From positions 41,230,001 to 41,294,000 of the forward strand of contig NC_067401.1 in NCBI RefSeq assembly GCF_016432865.1: a stretch of 64,000 nucleotides of DNA, read 5' to 3'. The DNA is from Antechinus flavipes. Its lineage: Eukaryota. Below the pieces are notes generated by a model. That model did not search any database. It was not told the origin of the DNA and saw only the letters and a list, made by a program, of their open reading frames with translations. Positions within the stretch are counted from its first letter, which is position 1. Each line of letters opens with the position of its first letter. Positions 12,694-26,100 of this stretch are shown in pieces. Position numbers and translations under genes: made by a program.

Positions 12694-14070
12694 AACCAAA
12701 ATATTAGGGTGGAAGAGAATCTGAGCCAGGAATGAGGAGAGGGGGCAGGTTCTTTCTGTTGTTCCATTGTCACCCTGTCTTTCCTTTTAGTTACAACTCA
12801 AGTTTGGAAAATTACAGATGAAGAGTGGGGGGAAAGGGTGGCCCTTGGATTCAATGGGATAACTCTCTTCCTTTCTTACTGTACTGATTCTTTATGTCTT
12901 TTAAGTCTTCTATTTTTAAATTAAATTTTATTTTTTTCAATCAATAAAAATCCTCCTTCTCTCCCTCCCATTCCCCCATTAAGAAAGGGGAAAAAAAAAA
13001 AAAAAAAACCACTGTTCCAAACATTGATGGTTATCTTCTTACTGTTTTTCCAGTCTCAGATTTGTTTTGGAAACTCATTAAATTCCTCCTCATTCTCCAT
13101 CCAGTATTTAGTTATTAGCTATATTTTCCTTGAGGGAAGGAGAGATCCATTATGCCTTAGCCATTTCCCTTTCCGTGCAGAGGATGATGGGCAGATTGAG
13201 AGCTTTGGTCTCCTTTTGGTTGGAGAGTGTCCCAACAGCCTCTCCTCCCGGCCCGTTTCCCATGGTGTCACCTTAGCCAGTTGGGTTTTCTCCCTCCTCT
13301 GTTATCTCACCTCCCTTTGACTTACCCCTTTCCGTCTTCACTCCTGTGCTCTTGGTAATGGCTTCTGTCTCTCAGCTCTCTTTTATCTCCCTCTCGTGAT
13401 GCTGTGTTCAGCATCCTATTGTAAATACTGTACAATGAAACTGTAAATAACTTTGGCCAAAGCCCTGCTGGCTGGCCAACTCAAAGGGGAGCAAATTAAA
13501 GATGAGTCTTGCTCACTGGCCTTTGGTTTGGTCACTTCTGTAGTCGGGCCCTTTGTGGCCTCTGCTCTGGCCCTGCAGGCTCTCTGTGTTGGTCGGGCAC
13601 AGGGTTGCAGGCTCGGTGCTAGGGATGCAGAAGGAAGGGGGGAAACTGTGACCGGTTTGTCATCCAGGGCCTCAGCTGGGATAGCCACAGGATGACGAGC
13701 CACAGGGAGAACTGGTCCCCTTAGAGCCACCGCTTGCTCCTAAAGCCCTCCCAGTTGATTAATCTACGGAATCAGACCAAGAAGCCACAGCTTGTGACAG
13801 AGTGAATCTGCTTGGGGTGGGGAAGCATCGTGGTCCTCCTACCTTCCCTATCCCCGATGAATAAAATCAGCTTGGGGGAGCCTAAGCACCCCCCCAAAGA
13901 GAAAGGGAGGGAGAGGCGGGATGAATCTCCGCCAGGCCTTCCTGATGAGGCCGCCAGGGGGCAGCAGGGGAGGCTGCGAAGCTCCCTGTAACGGCCCTTG
14001 CTTTGGCATGGGGCTCCCTCCAGCCTCCCCAGCATCCCTCCTCCTGGCCAGTCTGACTTTATTTTTAGCT

Positions 14071-14090
14071 GCCAATGGGAGGGGGGCGGG
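14071..14090 (+). promoter_or_regulatory. CCAAT box and GC box of the ITGA10 proximal promoter
   Basis: GCCAAT (14071-14076) followed by GGGCGGG (14084-14090), about 80-95 nt upstream of the ATG at 14168. Confidence 0.5.
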
Positions 14091-14167
14091 ACAGGAGGGT
14101 AAGTAAAGAAAACAGAACAGGACAGGAGCACAGAGGACTCCTCAGAGAGAGAGAACAGCGGCCAGAC

Positions 14168-17100
14168 ATGGAGCTCTCCCTCAGCCCTCGCCTCCCTCTC
14201 CCCGTGTTGCTCCTGGCAGGTGAGGGAGGTTAACCATTTGGGGCTTGGCGGGGAGGCAGGTGTGTGGGATGTCTTGGGGCTGGGACCTTAGGGGTAAGAA
14301 TGTCCTTTGTGGAGGGAGGAGACACCCTGCTGCTGGGACCCCTAAGGACAGGGCTCTGAAAAGTGACTTTGAATCCATGTTACTTGTGGACTGATTATTC
14401 CCTCCTCTCCCAGGATGATAGTAGGAGCGATTTCCTATGGTGCTGGTGGAAGCTTTTGCTTCGTTATCTGGAATTGGTGCCCAGACTTCTGGAAAATGGG
14501 GCAGTTAATGCACCCAGAATGCTCCATGTGGCCCCTTATCCTCAGGGTCCCCCTTGGCCAGAGTGGCTGGCATCATATTTGGCCAATGACCACATGCAGT
14601 TCCACCCCCCCATTGGCTTCCTAGTGTCCAGGGGGCCTGAAGATTCATAGGAGATACTCCTTTGTTCTGAAGAGGCATTTGTTAGGAAGGGAGTAGGGGA
14701 AGGGATGGTCTGGGAAGTAGGGAGGGAACCCTAAAAGGCGGAGGTGGTTTGGCCACAGTTTAAGGGGATCTTGGCTTTCCCCTATAATCTATGTTTCCCA
14801 AAATACCCGTTCTGAGTCTGGAGAGAGCTTGGGTTAGGAAGGAAAGGACCAGCTAGGACATGATGTGGGGTCTCTGGGAGGGGACTAAATTATTCAGGAA
14901 GTGAACAGGGGCCTAGTTAGGGAGTGGGATGTCGCTGTGCTGGGAAGGCAGAAGGGTGGTGAAGCTTTGGGACCCCTGTGGTGGGGGCAGAGAGAAGTTT
15001 GTGTGTGGGCAGGCTGCCCCACCCCGGTAATTGCTCCTGAGGTTTCCGGGGCTGAGTCCGAAGACATAGGAATCTGTGTGCGCCTGCATGAGACTCACTG
15101 ACTTGGGGAGATGGAGAAACAGAGGGGGGACTTGTGAGAGACAGACGGCCTTCAGTGTCCTGTTCTTTTCAGGCTTAGGTCTAATCCCTGGACCCCACAG
15201 GGATTGGGGACTTTTTTCTGGTGCTACAGAAAGCTGCCATTCCCCTACTTTTGTTTGAGCCTCCCAGGTTGGGTGAGGGCAGGCAGGAAAAGCGGGGCTG
15301 AGTAACCCGACCCTTTAGATTGATTCTGTGAAAGAGATTTCGGGGGCGGGAATGAATCCACAGCTGTGCATGTCATTGTGGCTAAGGGCCACAGACAGAA
15401 TGAACAGGACATCTGGATAGAAACAAGGTAGAAGAAGACACCCCTGGGCCAGCAGGCGCAGATGGAAACGCTGCTAGAGCCAGACAAGGAGAGGGCCAGA
15501 CGGCTCCGGCCAGCATGTCCTAGCTCGAGGTCTCTTCCCTTAGCCAAGCCCTCCTGGGGCTTCCCCTAAGCCCTTCACCTCGTGACTGACCCTCCCTCCC
15601 TCCATCCCTCCTTCTCCCAGGTTTCTGCCTCTCCTTCAACTTGGACGACAGTCATCCTCGGCTGTTTCACGGGCCACCTGAGGCCGAGTTCGGATACAGT
15701 GTCTTGCAGCATGTGGGGGGAGGACGAGGATGGTGAGGGAAGCCTGGGACGACACGGGGTATCGTGATGGTCAAAGGGAACCCGAGCAAGAAGGAAGGAC
15801 AAGGGCTGGCACTGGGGTGGCGCTGGTTAAGGGGAAGCCGGTGGGGAAACAGAAGGGTAGACTTTAGCTTGGACCACTATTATCTGTCCCCCGCGAGCCA
15901 TCGATAATCAGAGAATAATTGCCCTTATTTCAGAAGGGATGAGACATCTGGGGTCCTGCTTAAAGTGGGGAATAAACTGGGGTGATCACATACTGAGGTT
16001 CTGGCATTGGGACCCCTCTTCAGCTTGTCTTTAGGGTTGTACTCTGGGGAACCATGCTCACGCACAGGCTTGGTCTCGCAGGATGTTGGTGGGGGCCCCT
16101 TGGGACGGACCTTCAGGAGACAGGAGAGGGGATGTGTATCTCTGTCCTGTGGAGGAGCGACCTAACGCCTCCTGTGCCAAGGGCCACCTGGGTAAGCAGA
16201 GGCCGTTCCCTTTCAGCCTTCTTCTGCACTCTCTGACCCTGGGCCCCGTGTTCCTGACCTCATTCCTCAAACTCCCCACCCCCTAGTAACACTGTCTGAG
16301 TATTCCTTCCCTCTCCTCTCCTGACCCACCATCACCTCCAGGTGACTATCCACTGGGAAACTCCTCGAGTCCGGCTGTGAACATGCACCTTGGGATGTCA
16401 CTGCTGAAAACTGATGTGGATGGGGGCTTTATGGTGAGGGGGTTAATGATGGGGGGTCCATGCTAGGGATCCACTGAGGGGGCAGTTCCGAAAGTTAATG
16501 GCGTGGAGAATAGGGAAGGACCAAATGGATGGACACCATGGGGGAGGTAGGAGGTCGGGAACAGCTTGAGAAGGGGAATGGGATCCTGCCCTGGGATCTG
16601 GGAATGACGTTTCCGCCATTTCTCTTCCTCAGGCCTGTGCCCCTCTGTGGTCTCGTGCCTGTGGTACTTCCGTGTACAGTTCTGGGATCTGTGCCCAAGT
16701 GGATGCCTCATTTCGACCCTGGGGGAGCTTAGCACCTACTGCACAGCGTGAGTGGTGGGGAGGGGATGGGAGAAGGGAAACCTCTCATTAATCCATCTGT
16801 CTATCTCTCTATTAAGCCCCTGCTCTGTGCCTAAGCACTTGATCCTCATAATAACACTGTGAATAGGTATTATTTTCATTTTATAAATGAATAAAAAGGA
16901 CTTACCCATGATCACATAGCTAATAAAAAGCAAAGCTAGTTTTTTTACCCACATTCTCTTATTCCTGAACCAGTGTTCTTTGTACTACCCCCACACTTTT
17001 TTTTCCAACTCATTTTCTTTTTTTTTTTTTTTGTGGTTATACATGTACATTCATTTTTTAAAATCACATTTTGCTGTGAATCATGTTGGGATAGAAATAT

Positions 17101-20100
17101 CAGAACAAAAGGGGAAAACCCCAAGAAGAAAAAAAAAACAGAAGAAAAAGGAAAAGAAGTAAACATAGCATGTATTGATTTACATTTAGTGTCCATAGTT
17201 CTGTCTCTGGGTGCAGATGGTGTTTTCTATCCAAAGTTTGTTGGGATTGCCTTGGATCACTGAACCACCGAGAACTAAGCCTTTCATAATTGATCATGTC
17301 ACAGTCTTGCTGTTATTGTGTACAATGTTCCTGGTTCTGCTTGTTTCTCTTAGCATCAGTTCGTGTAAATCTTTCCCAGCCTTTCTAAAAGCAGCCTGTT
17401 GATCATTTTTTCTAGAACAATAACCCATTACTTTCACGTACCAACTTATTCAGCCACCCTCCCCCCCCCCCACTGACGCTGCCCCCACACTCTTGCCCTG
17501 ATGTGCTTTAGCTTCCCCATTCTGCTGCCTCCAAAATCTAGGCTGCCCCACCTACATGGATGTGGTCATTGTCCTGGATGGCTCCAACAGCATCTACCCC
17601 TGGGCTGAGGTTCAGACTTTCTTGCGTAGACTGGTGGGGAGGCTGTTCATTGACCCCGAACAGATACAGGTGAGAAGGGGTGAGGGTGGGAGTCAGAGAT
17701 GGGTGGCAGGAATAGACAGAGGTATCAACAAAATACCTCTCTCTCCAGGTGGGGTTGGTTCAGTATGGGGAGACTGCTGTACATGAATGGTCACTTGGAG
17801 ATTTCCGGACCAAGGAAGAGGTCGTGAAAGCTGCCCGGAACCTGAGCCGAAGAGAAGGGCGAGAAACCCATACAGCTCAGGCCATAATGGTGGCTTGGTG
17901 AGGTGGGGGAGAGGCGATGGAGGGAGGGGAGGGGAGTCCTGGGAGCCTTGGGGAGGAATAGTCTTGGGAAGCATTCTGGGAGAGAGTAAGGGGAACTGCA
18001 TACATCCTCATACTTTTGAGTCATGCTTTTTGATAGGGGGTGGGGGTGGGAAAGAAATAAAAGCAAATAGAAGGTAAACTGGAAGTCATAAAAACGAAAG
18101 ATCCCTGTTTCCGAAGAGCTTACGTTCATGGGCACAGATAAGGACACAAGGAACGGGATATTCCAGGTAGTGAATCTGATGCAGGAGAAATCTCCTCTAC
18201 CCGTGTTTAAGGAGGGAAAAGTTCTGATAGCTGATGGCTCCAAGGAAAGCCCCACAGGCTTGGAGGGAGTTAGAGAATCTTAGAGAGGGAACATGAGGAT
18301 CCGTGGTACATTCCAAGCACATCCTAGCCAGGGGGACTGCATCAGGCTTGGCCACGGCATGCTGAGTTCAAGGACTATTAGTCCAGTTTGACTGGAATGT
18401 AGAGTGCTTGAAGGGGGATAATGTGAAAAGTAGGTGATGGCTGAGGACCTTGAATGCCAGGCTAAGGAGTTTGATCATTAAAACCATAGTTTGTAGAGCA
18501 GGGGAATGACATGCATGATCTCTACCTTAGAAGGAGTATTCTGGAGGGTTTTTGAGGGGAATTGGAGAGGCTGGAAAGCTCATTGGGAAGCTATTATGGT
18601 CATAATTAGTGCAACTGAGTATCAGGCACGGTCTGAACTAACGTGATGATGGGCTAGTTAGAGAGGAGGTGCTATGTGTGAAAGATGCTTGGAAAGGAAT
18701 AAGGCAGAATATTGACAAGATGCACCAGTTCGCTGGCTATGGAGCTGGGGTGGGGATGGAGAGGGAAAAGTCAGAGATGAAGCTTGAAGGTAAGGCTACA
18801 ACCTTAAGTGTGGGATCTAAGGCAATGCTCTCAGCAGAAATAAGACTTTGGAAGAAGGTTGGGAAGAGATTTTTTTTTAATTTAATTTTATTTTATAATA
18901 ACTTTTTATTGATAGAACCCATGCCAGGGTAATTTTTTTTACAACATTATCCCTTGCATTCACTTCTGTTCTGATTTTTCCCCTCCCTCCCTCCACCCTC
19001 TCCTCCAGATGGCAAGCAGTTCTTTACATGTTAAATATGTTACAGTATATCCTAGATACAATATATGTGTGCAGAACCGAACAGTTCTCTTGTTGCACAG
19101 GGAGAATTGGATTCAGAAGGTTTAAATAACCCGGGAAGAAAAACAAAAATGCAGATAGTTCACATTCGTTTCCCAGTGTTCTTTCTTTGGGTGTAGCTGC
19201 TTCTGTCCATCATTTATCAATTGAAACTGAGTTAGGTCTCTTTGTCAAAGAAATCCACTTGGGAAGAAATGTTGAATTGTTTGCTAGATTGCTGAAAAGT
19301 CTTCAGTGATCTTTGAGGCCCTGTGGCAAATGGGAGAGGAAGTAGAGGGCTAGAGATGTGTCAGAATTCTGTTTTTCAAGGGGACAAAAGATGGATTTAA
19401 TAAACCAGAGACTGATCAAACAGATGTTCATCCCACTCCCTGTTTCTCCAAAAATCTGTGTTTTCTGTCCCTTCTTTCAAATTTTGGCTCAAAACTAACT
19501 TTTTCCAGAAAGCTTTTCTTGATCAACACTATCAGCTCCTGAGCCCCTCCCTTTGTGTGCATTCAGCACTAACGTACTGTAGCATTTTTAGTTAATACAC
19601 TGTGTAAATGTATTTTTCAAGTGGCTAATGTTCAATTCAACAAACATATTTACGGTGTACTTTCTGTCAAGCATTCTTCTAGGGTAGGGAAAATGTAAAG
19701 CATAAATCAATTGGTCCCTGTTCTCATAAAGCTCAATCTGGGAGGGGGATGAAATATATAGACAAATGTAAAAAATAGACATGTAATAGATGTACTAGGA
19801 AGGTGAACAACAACAAACTATGTGGGTCTTCAAGTAAAAGGCCATTACTAATTTGGGAGGTCAGGAAAGGAGACTGATAAGACAGCATTGCAAACATGGG
19901 TATCAGCCCGTGTGAAGGCTTGGAGACAAAAAATAAGGGATGCCATGTATGGGGAACAAGTAGGTCAATCTGACTGGAACACCTAATGTCTGTCTGAGGC
20001 TGGAATGATATATTGGTATCAGATTGTGAAAGGCTTTAAGATTAAAATTTTTTTAAATTAATATATAAAAAGTTTAAAAAAAAATAAGGTTAAGAGAGGA

Positions 20101-23100
20101 ATCTATATTTTATCCTAGAGATCCCTGAAGACAAAGGGATGAATTGGAGAAAGGTTTGGTGGTTTAATTGACTGCTCTTGGCAATTTGTTGGATGTAGAG
20201 GATGAAGGAAGAGTTAAGGTGGATCTGAGGTTTTGTTTTTAGGTGACTGGAAAGTTGGTAGTGGCCTAGACAAAAATAGAAAAATTAGGAGGAGGGTGGT
20301 TTTGGTGAGAAAGATAGTGAGTTCTGTTTTGGATACCTTGACGTTGAGATGCCTATGTGACATCAAGGTAGAGATGCCCAGCAACTGGTTGATGATGTTA
20401 GGAGAGAGTTGAGGACTTCATATGGCAGAATGGAGAGAACTTCTAACTTGGAGTCAAGAAGACCAGCTTTGACTCTTACTTGGGAATTTGACTACTATTA
20501 ATCTGGATAAATCACGTAACCACTCTGAGCTTCAGCTTTCTCATCTGTTAAATGAGAGGGTTGGACTTAACCTCTAAGGTCCCTTGCAGCTTTAAATCTA
20601 TCATCTTATATGTAAATTTTGGAATCAATTTTGGTTATCGAATCCATTGGAGATGATAAAATTACCAACTAGGGGCATCTGGGTGATACAGTGGATAGAG
20701 CACCAGCCTTGAAGTCACGAGGACCTGAATTCAAATATGATCTCAGACACTTAACACTTCCTAGTTATGTTACCCTGGGCAAGTCACCTACCTACCCCCA
20801 ATTGTCTCAGCAAATAATAATAATAATAAATAAATAACATTAAGTATTTATTAAGTATGAAAAAGTACATTGAAAGAGAAGAGAACCCAGAGTAGGGAAA
20901 GAAGACATTCCAGAAGCAAACACATCGAGATAGGAAGATTCCAATTATGTTCTAGGGATACGACACAACTTGACTGAGACATAGAATATGTGGGAGGAAG
21001 TCATATATAATTAGCATGGATATACACAGTGGCACCGCATCAATCAGGACCTATGATGCTAGGGAAAGCAGTTTGAACCTTATGAAGTAAGATAATTGCT
21101 GCTATTTTCTAGGTCCACAAGGTTTTCATTAAAACAAAAATGAAAATTGATCAAATTCTAATCATTTTGCTTCCTACATTTAGCAGCAAAGCCTCTCTAT
21201 ATTGCAATTTTTAAAAAAAAGTCATTTTCAACATTTTGACTCCAGCTCCTCTTCCACCTACTGTAAATCAGCATATTTACTAGGAAAGGAAGAAAAGAGA
21301 ACTTAGGCAAATATCCAAATATGATTACTCAAAGACATTCTTATAACCAACCAAGAAAGGCTAACGACAGGAAGTACTATAAATTCTCAGGCCTTTATCT
21401 TGAAGTGGGCCCCAACTAAGCTATCTGAAAGAGTAACTACAGTATCAGGTCAATTCATGGGTAGGCAGTAACAAAGTAACTGCTTTTTCTTTATAAAAAA
21501 TAGAAATTGTCACCTGTGACTTTTATCAGTAACATTTCACTAATTTTCCTTACTTCCCAGGGATTCTAGGGCAGTGATTGAGAAGTAAGGTGTTATCTTT
21601 GCTCCCAGGGTCTTACTTTGAAATCTTTTAGCATTATAACTGACTGAGGGAGCAAAGGATATGGGAGACAGGTTTGACTTATCCCATCACTACTTTGTAA
21701 GTTTATTGGAGCTGAGCCTGTTCTCATGACCTTGGCTGGATGGTAAAACATTTCTCTGTAACTCTCTCTGAGCAAAGGGCTCCTCCCTCTACACAAATGG
21801 GACCCTGTGGAGAGACAAGATCAAGTTTGTTCATCCCCTAAATTCTTGATTTAATTTTTCAGCCAGTCACAAGAATCTAAAGCAGCCTCTCCACAGGGTA
21901 AACAGGACTTTGTGCACTGATTGTTCAGCACTTCTTATTAAACTGCACTATTCTGAATCTTTGAGATGAGCCAGCAGACAATTACTGGGGGGCCAGAATG
22001 GCCCTTCTGCAGGAGCCCTTAGAGTGCCACTGAAATCCTTTGGGTGCATTTATGCATAGTTTTGTGCATAAAAAAATATTAATCAGATGAGGTATGAAGG
22101 ATGCTAATGAAAGGGAAAGAGTAATGGAGATGTGAAGGGGTTGATAATGAGACCTGTTGTAGGATAGGATAGTGGGAAGAGAAAATAGGGAGTAGATTGA
22201 AGAGTTATAGATGAGGGAAAATCTACAGGGCTTGGAAACTAATTGGGTATGACAGGTAAGAAAAACGGACAACCTGAAGTAAAGTGTGCCTCCTGTATGC
22301 CCGCTAGATTGCAATTCCCTTAAAGCTAGGGGCTGCGTCTTACTTACTTACTTAGTTCCCTCCACAGTGCCTGCTACACAGGTATGCATACGGTAAGAGT
22401 TAAATCTTGGCACTGACTTAGACTTATTTTGCTCCAGTCTCATTTCTGTCTCCTTCTCCCAGTTTATCCTAGGTTGGAATGTGTGTGTGTGTGTTGAAGG
22501 AATAAGGCGGAAGACCCCAGTGTCTCACCCCTCCTTTTCCTTCCCTCCTACTCCAGCACAGAAGGATTCAGTCCCTCTCGAGGGGGCCGGCCAGAGGCTG
22601 CCCGATTGCTAGTTGTTGTCACAGATGGGGAATCCCATGATGGGGAGGAACTTCCAGCAGCACTCAGGGCCTGTGAAGCTGGCAGCGTGACCCGATACGG
22701 GATTGCTGTAAGTAACAGTGGGAGGTAGGGTCGGGAAGGTGGAGATATTGAGGAATAGGGACTTCCTTAGGGAAAAAAAGGAGGGCAATGCCACCTCACA
22801 CCTCTGCAAACCCTGCCTTTGCCCCCCAAGCTCCATTACCACTCCAGCTCTGAGATCTGTAACCTTACCCAGGTCCTGGGTCACTACATTCGAAGGCAAC
22901 GTGATCCTAGCTCCTTCCTCCGGGAAATCAGGGCCATTGCTAGTGATCCGGATGAGAGATTCTTCTTCAACGTCACAGATGAGGCTGCACTGACTGACAT
23001 CGTGGATGCCCTAGGAGACCGCATCTTTGGCCTGGAGGGTAGGATGTGGAAGCTGAGTCCTCTTCCCAGGTCCTGTGATTCAGTGCCTCTCCGAGAGCCT

Positions 23101-26100
23101 GAACCTCTCCCCAGCGTCCCTGTACAGCCCTTTTCTGAAAACCTTTACCATCAAGGGGAGGCTTGATAAAGGCATTCATCCCATTTTTGGACAGCTCTGA
23201 ACAGGAAGTTCCCAGTGCTGAGCTAGCTTCCTTAACTTTAAAGCATCAAAAAGCATGATTTTAATGGATCAGAAGAAACGGGAAGTGAAAGAATTGGGAG
23301 ATCCTGGCCTAGACCTGTCTGTCTCATTGCATTCTCCTGCTATTCTTTCTTACCCCAGGTTCCCATGGGGAGAACGAAAGCTCCTTCGGACTAGAGATGT
23401 CCCAGATTGGCTTCTCTACCCACCAGCTAAAGGTTAGATGCTCTGTTACTGCTGCTGCCCCTGTAGCCTCTGGCCCAGGTGATATCAGCCCCACTAATCT
23501 CACCTGTACTGCGACCTTGGCCCTCTCTTTGAAGGGCTAAGCTTCTAGATGACAGCTACTCTTTCCCTCTTTGAGAGGAGGTCTCCCTGTGATTCCCTGT
23601 TGCCTCTTCAGTTATCCCTATGACTGCTCAGTATTTCCCCGTTCCCACAGGATGGGATCCTGTTCGGAATGGTGGGGGCCTATGACTGGGGGGGCTCAGT
23701 GCTGTGGCTGAAGGAAGGTCACCGCCTTTTCCCACCCCGCACGGCCCTGGAAGAGGAGTTCCCTACTGCTCTCCAAAATCATGCTGCCTACCTGGGTGAG
23801 TGTTAGGTGGATCTCAGAGAGCTTGTGAATCCAAGGGCAGATTGAGGATATTTCTGTCTCTCTACCGCTTTTTCTCTATTTCTTTCTGTCTCTCTGATGT
23901 GACTAATGTGGGAATTTATCTTGTATGACTATACATATTGGTAATGGGCTTTTTCATGTAGGGAAAGGGGAAGAGAATTCAGAACTGAAAATAAAATTGA
24001 ATTTTTTTTCTGTTTTTTTTTTTTCCCCTGAGACAATTGGGATTAAGTGACTTGCCCAGGGTCACACAGCTAGGAAACATTAAGTGTCTGAGGCCAGATT
24101 TGAACTCAGGTCCTCCTGACTTCAGGGCTGGTGCTCTATCCACTGCACCACCTAGATGCCCCTAAAATTGAAAAGAGAGTTAGGTAAATTATATCTAAGA
24201 AGATATACTACTTAAAGGTCCCTCCATTGCCTTTTGAATCCAAAAATGTCTTCCCTCTATTAATTTCCCATTGTCTTCTGCTACTCTGACGCCACGATCG
24301 CTCCCTGCTTTCCTTCTTTTCAACCCTATCTCCCCACTTCTAGGTTACTCAGTTTCTTCCCTGATTCTCCTGGGTGGACGACGCCTGTTTCTCTCAGGAG
24401 CCCCTCGGTTTAAACATCGAGGGAAGGTCATCGCTTTCCAGCTCAGGAAAGATGGGTCTATGAACGTTGCCCAGAGCCTCCAAGGGGAACAGGTGTGGAC
24501 ACGGCAGGAAGCATGTGTGAGGGGCAATGAGAATCGCCATCCAGTAGAGACCTCTGAAGTCTCCTGGGGTTGAGATCCATCCATGGCGGGGGACGGGGGG
24601 GCGGGGGACTGGGCCGATGCAGAAAGGGGCGTTAGATCCCCTCCCACTCTTGGGGGCGTTCAGCATCATTCTTTTTCCTTCCCCATAGATCGGCTCCTAC
24701 TTTGGCAGTGAGCTCTGCCCCCTGGACACCGATGGTGATGGGGTGACCGATGTTCTTCTTGTGGCTGCCCCTATGTATCTGGGGCCCCAGTATCGGGAGA
24801 CAGGACGAGTGTATGTCTACCTAGTGGGCCAAGTGAGTAGGGTTAGGACACACTGGAGATAAAGCAGAGACAGTAATACCTGGGAAAGGTTGGGGGAGAC
24901 CCCAATGAGACCGCTCATCATGCTTTCCCACAGCCCTCACTGATCCTCTGGAGAACCCTGCAGCCAGACCCCCCCCAGGACTCCCGTTTTGGCTTTGCGA
25001 TGGGTGCCCTGCCTGACCTGAACCAGGACGGCTTTGCAGATGTGGCTGTGGGGGCACCCCTGGAAGATGGACACAGAGGAGCTCTGTACATCTATCATGG
25101 GACCCAGGGTGGCATCCGGCCCCGTCCTGCGCAGGTTAGGGGGGCCAGAGGAACATTGTGTCGGGAAAGGGGGGCAACCTGCCCTGCTCAGGAAAATTTG
25201 GGGATCCTAAGGTCACACAGTTAGTGAATGTCAGACTGAGGCCCAGAATCTCCCAGAATCTCCAGCGAGACCCCTGAAAGCCCTGAATCTGTCCCATTTA
25301 CCTGAGATTTTCTGGCTGTAGACCCTCTTCAGACCCTGGTGGAGCTGGTGGGGAGTGGAGCTGGGGTGGAAATACTGCTGGGATGCAGGGGGAATGGTGC
25401 TAGGAAAACTGCGGGAGATGTTGCTGCGATCCCCGGTCCTGAAAATGGTTAATGAGGGGATTGGAGGAGATCAGGAAGGAAGAGTGCTCCGGGAGGAGCG
25501 AGGCCTCCTCCAAGAGACAGGAAGGAGCCTTAGTTCTTGTTTCCCGTCTCTTTCTAGCGCATCTCAGCTGCCTCCATGCCTCAGCCACTCAGCTACTTTG
25601 GCCGAAGTGTGGATGGACGACTGGACCTTGACGGGGATGAACTCGTGGATGTTGCTGTGGGGGCTCAGGGGGCAGCTGTACTGCTCAGGTGTGGGTCCAG
25701 AGCTCAAGTACCAGGTTTCTCCAGGGGAGAGGGGGCTCCCCTGTTTCCTTCTCTTAGTATTTAAAGGGAGGAGCCACAATGAGGCATAGAATCATAGACT
25801 ATCAGGTTTTATAGGGAACTTTGGAAGTCATCTGGATTGGAGATCATGGGGAGACAGTCTGGGTCTGCTCCCATGTGCTTCTCACCTCTGGGGTCTCTCC
25901 CTCAACTTCACCAGCTCCCGCCCCATCGTCCACCTGGCCCCATCGCTGACGGTGACCCCTCCGGCAGTCAGTGTGGTGCAGCGGGATTGTCAGCGACATG
26001 GCCAGGATGCCGCCTGCCTGACCGCTGATCTCTGCTTCCAAGTAACCTCGCGAACCCCGGGCCGCTGGAACCGCCGCTTCTGTAAGCCACCTCCAGGGGC

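Noticed and set aside
20672-20760. A/B-box tRNA-like sequence
   Set aside because: It is the tRNA-derived head of a SINE; no cloverleaf. The same applies to the other SINE copies.
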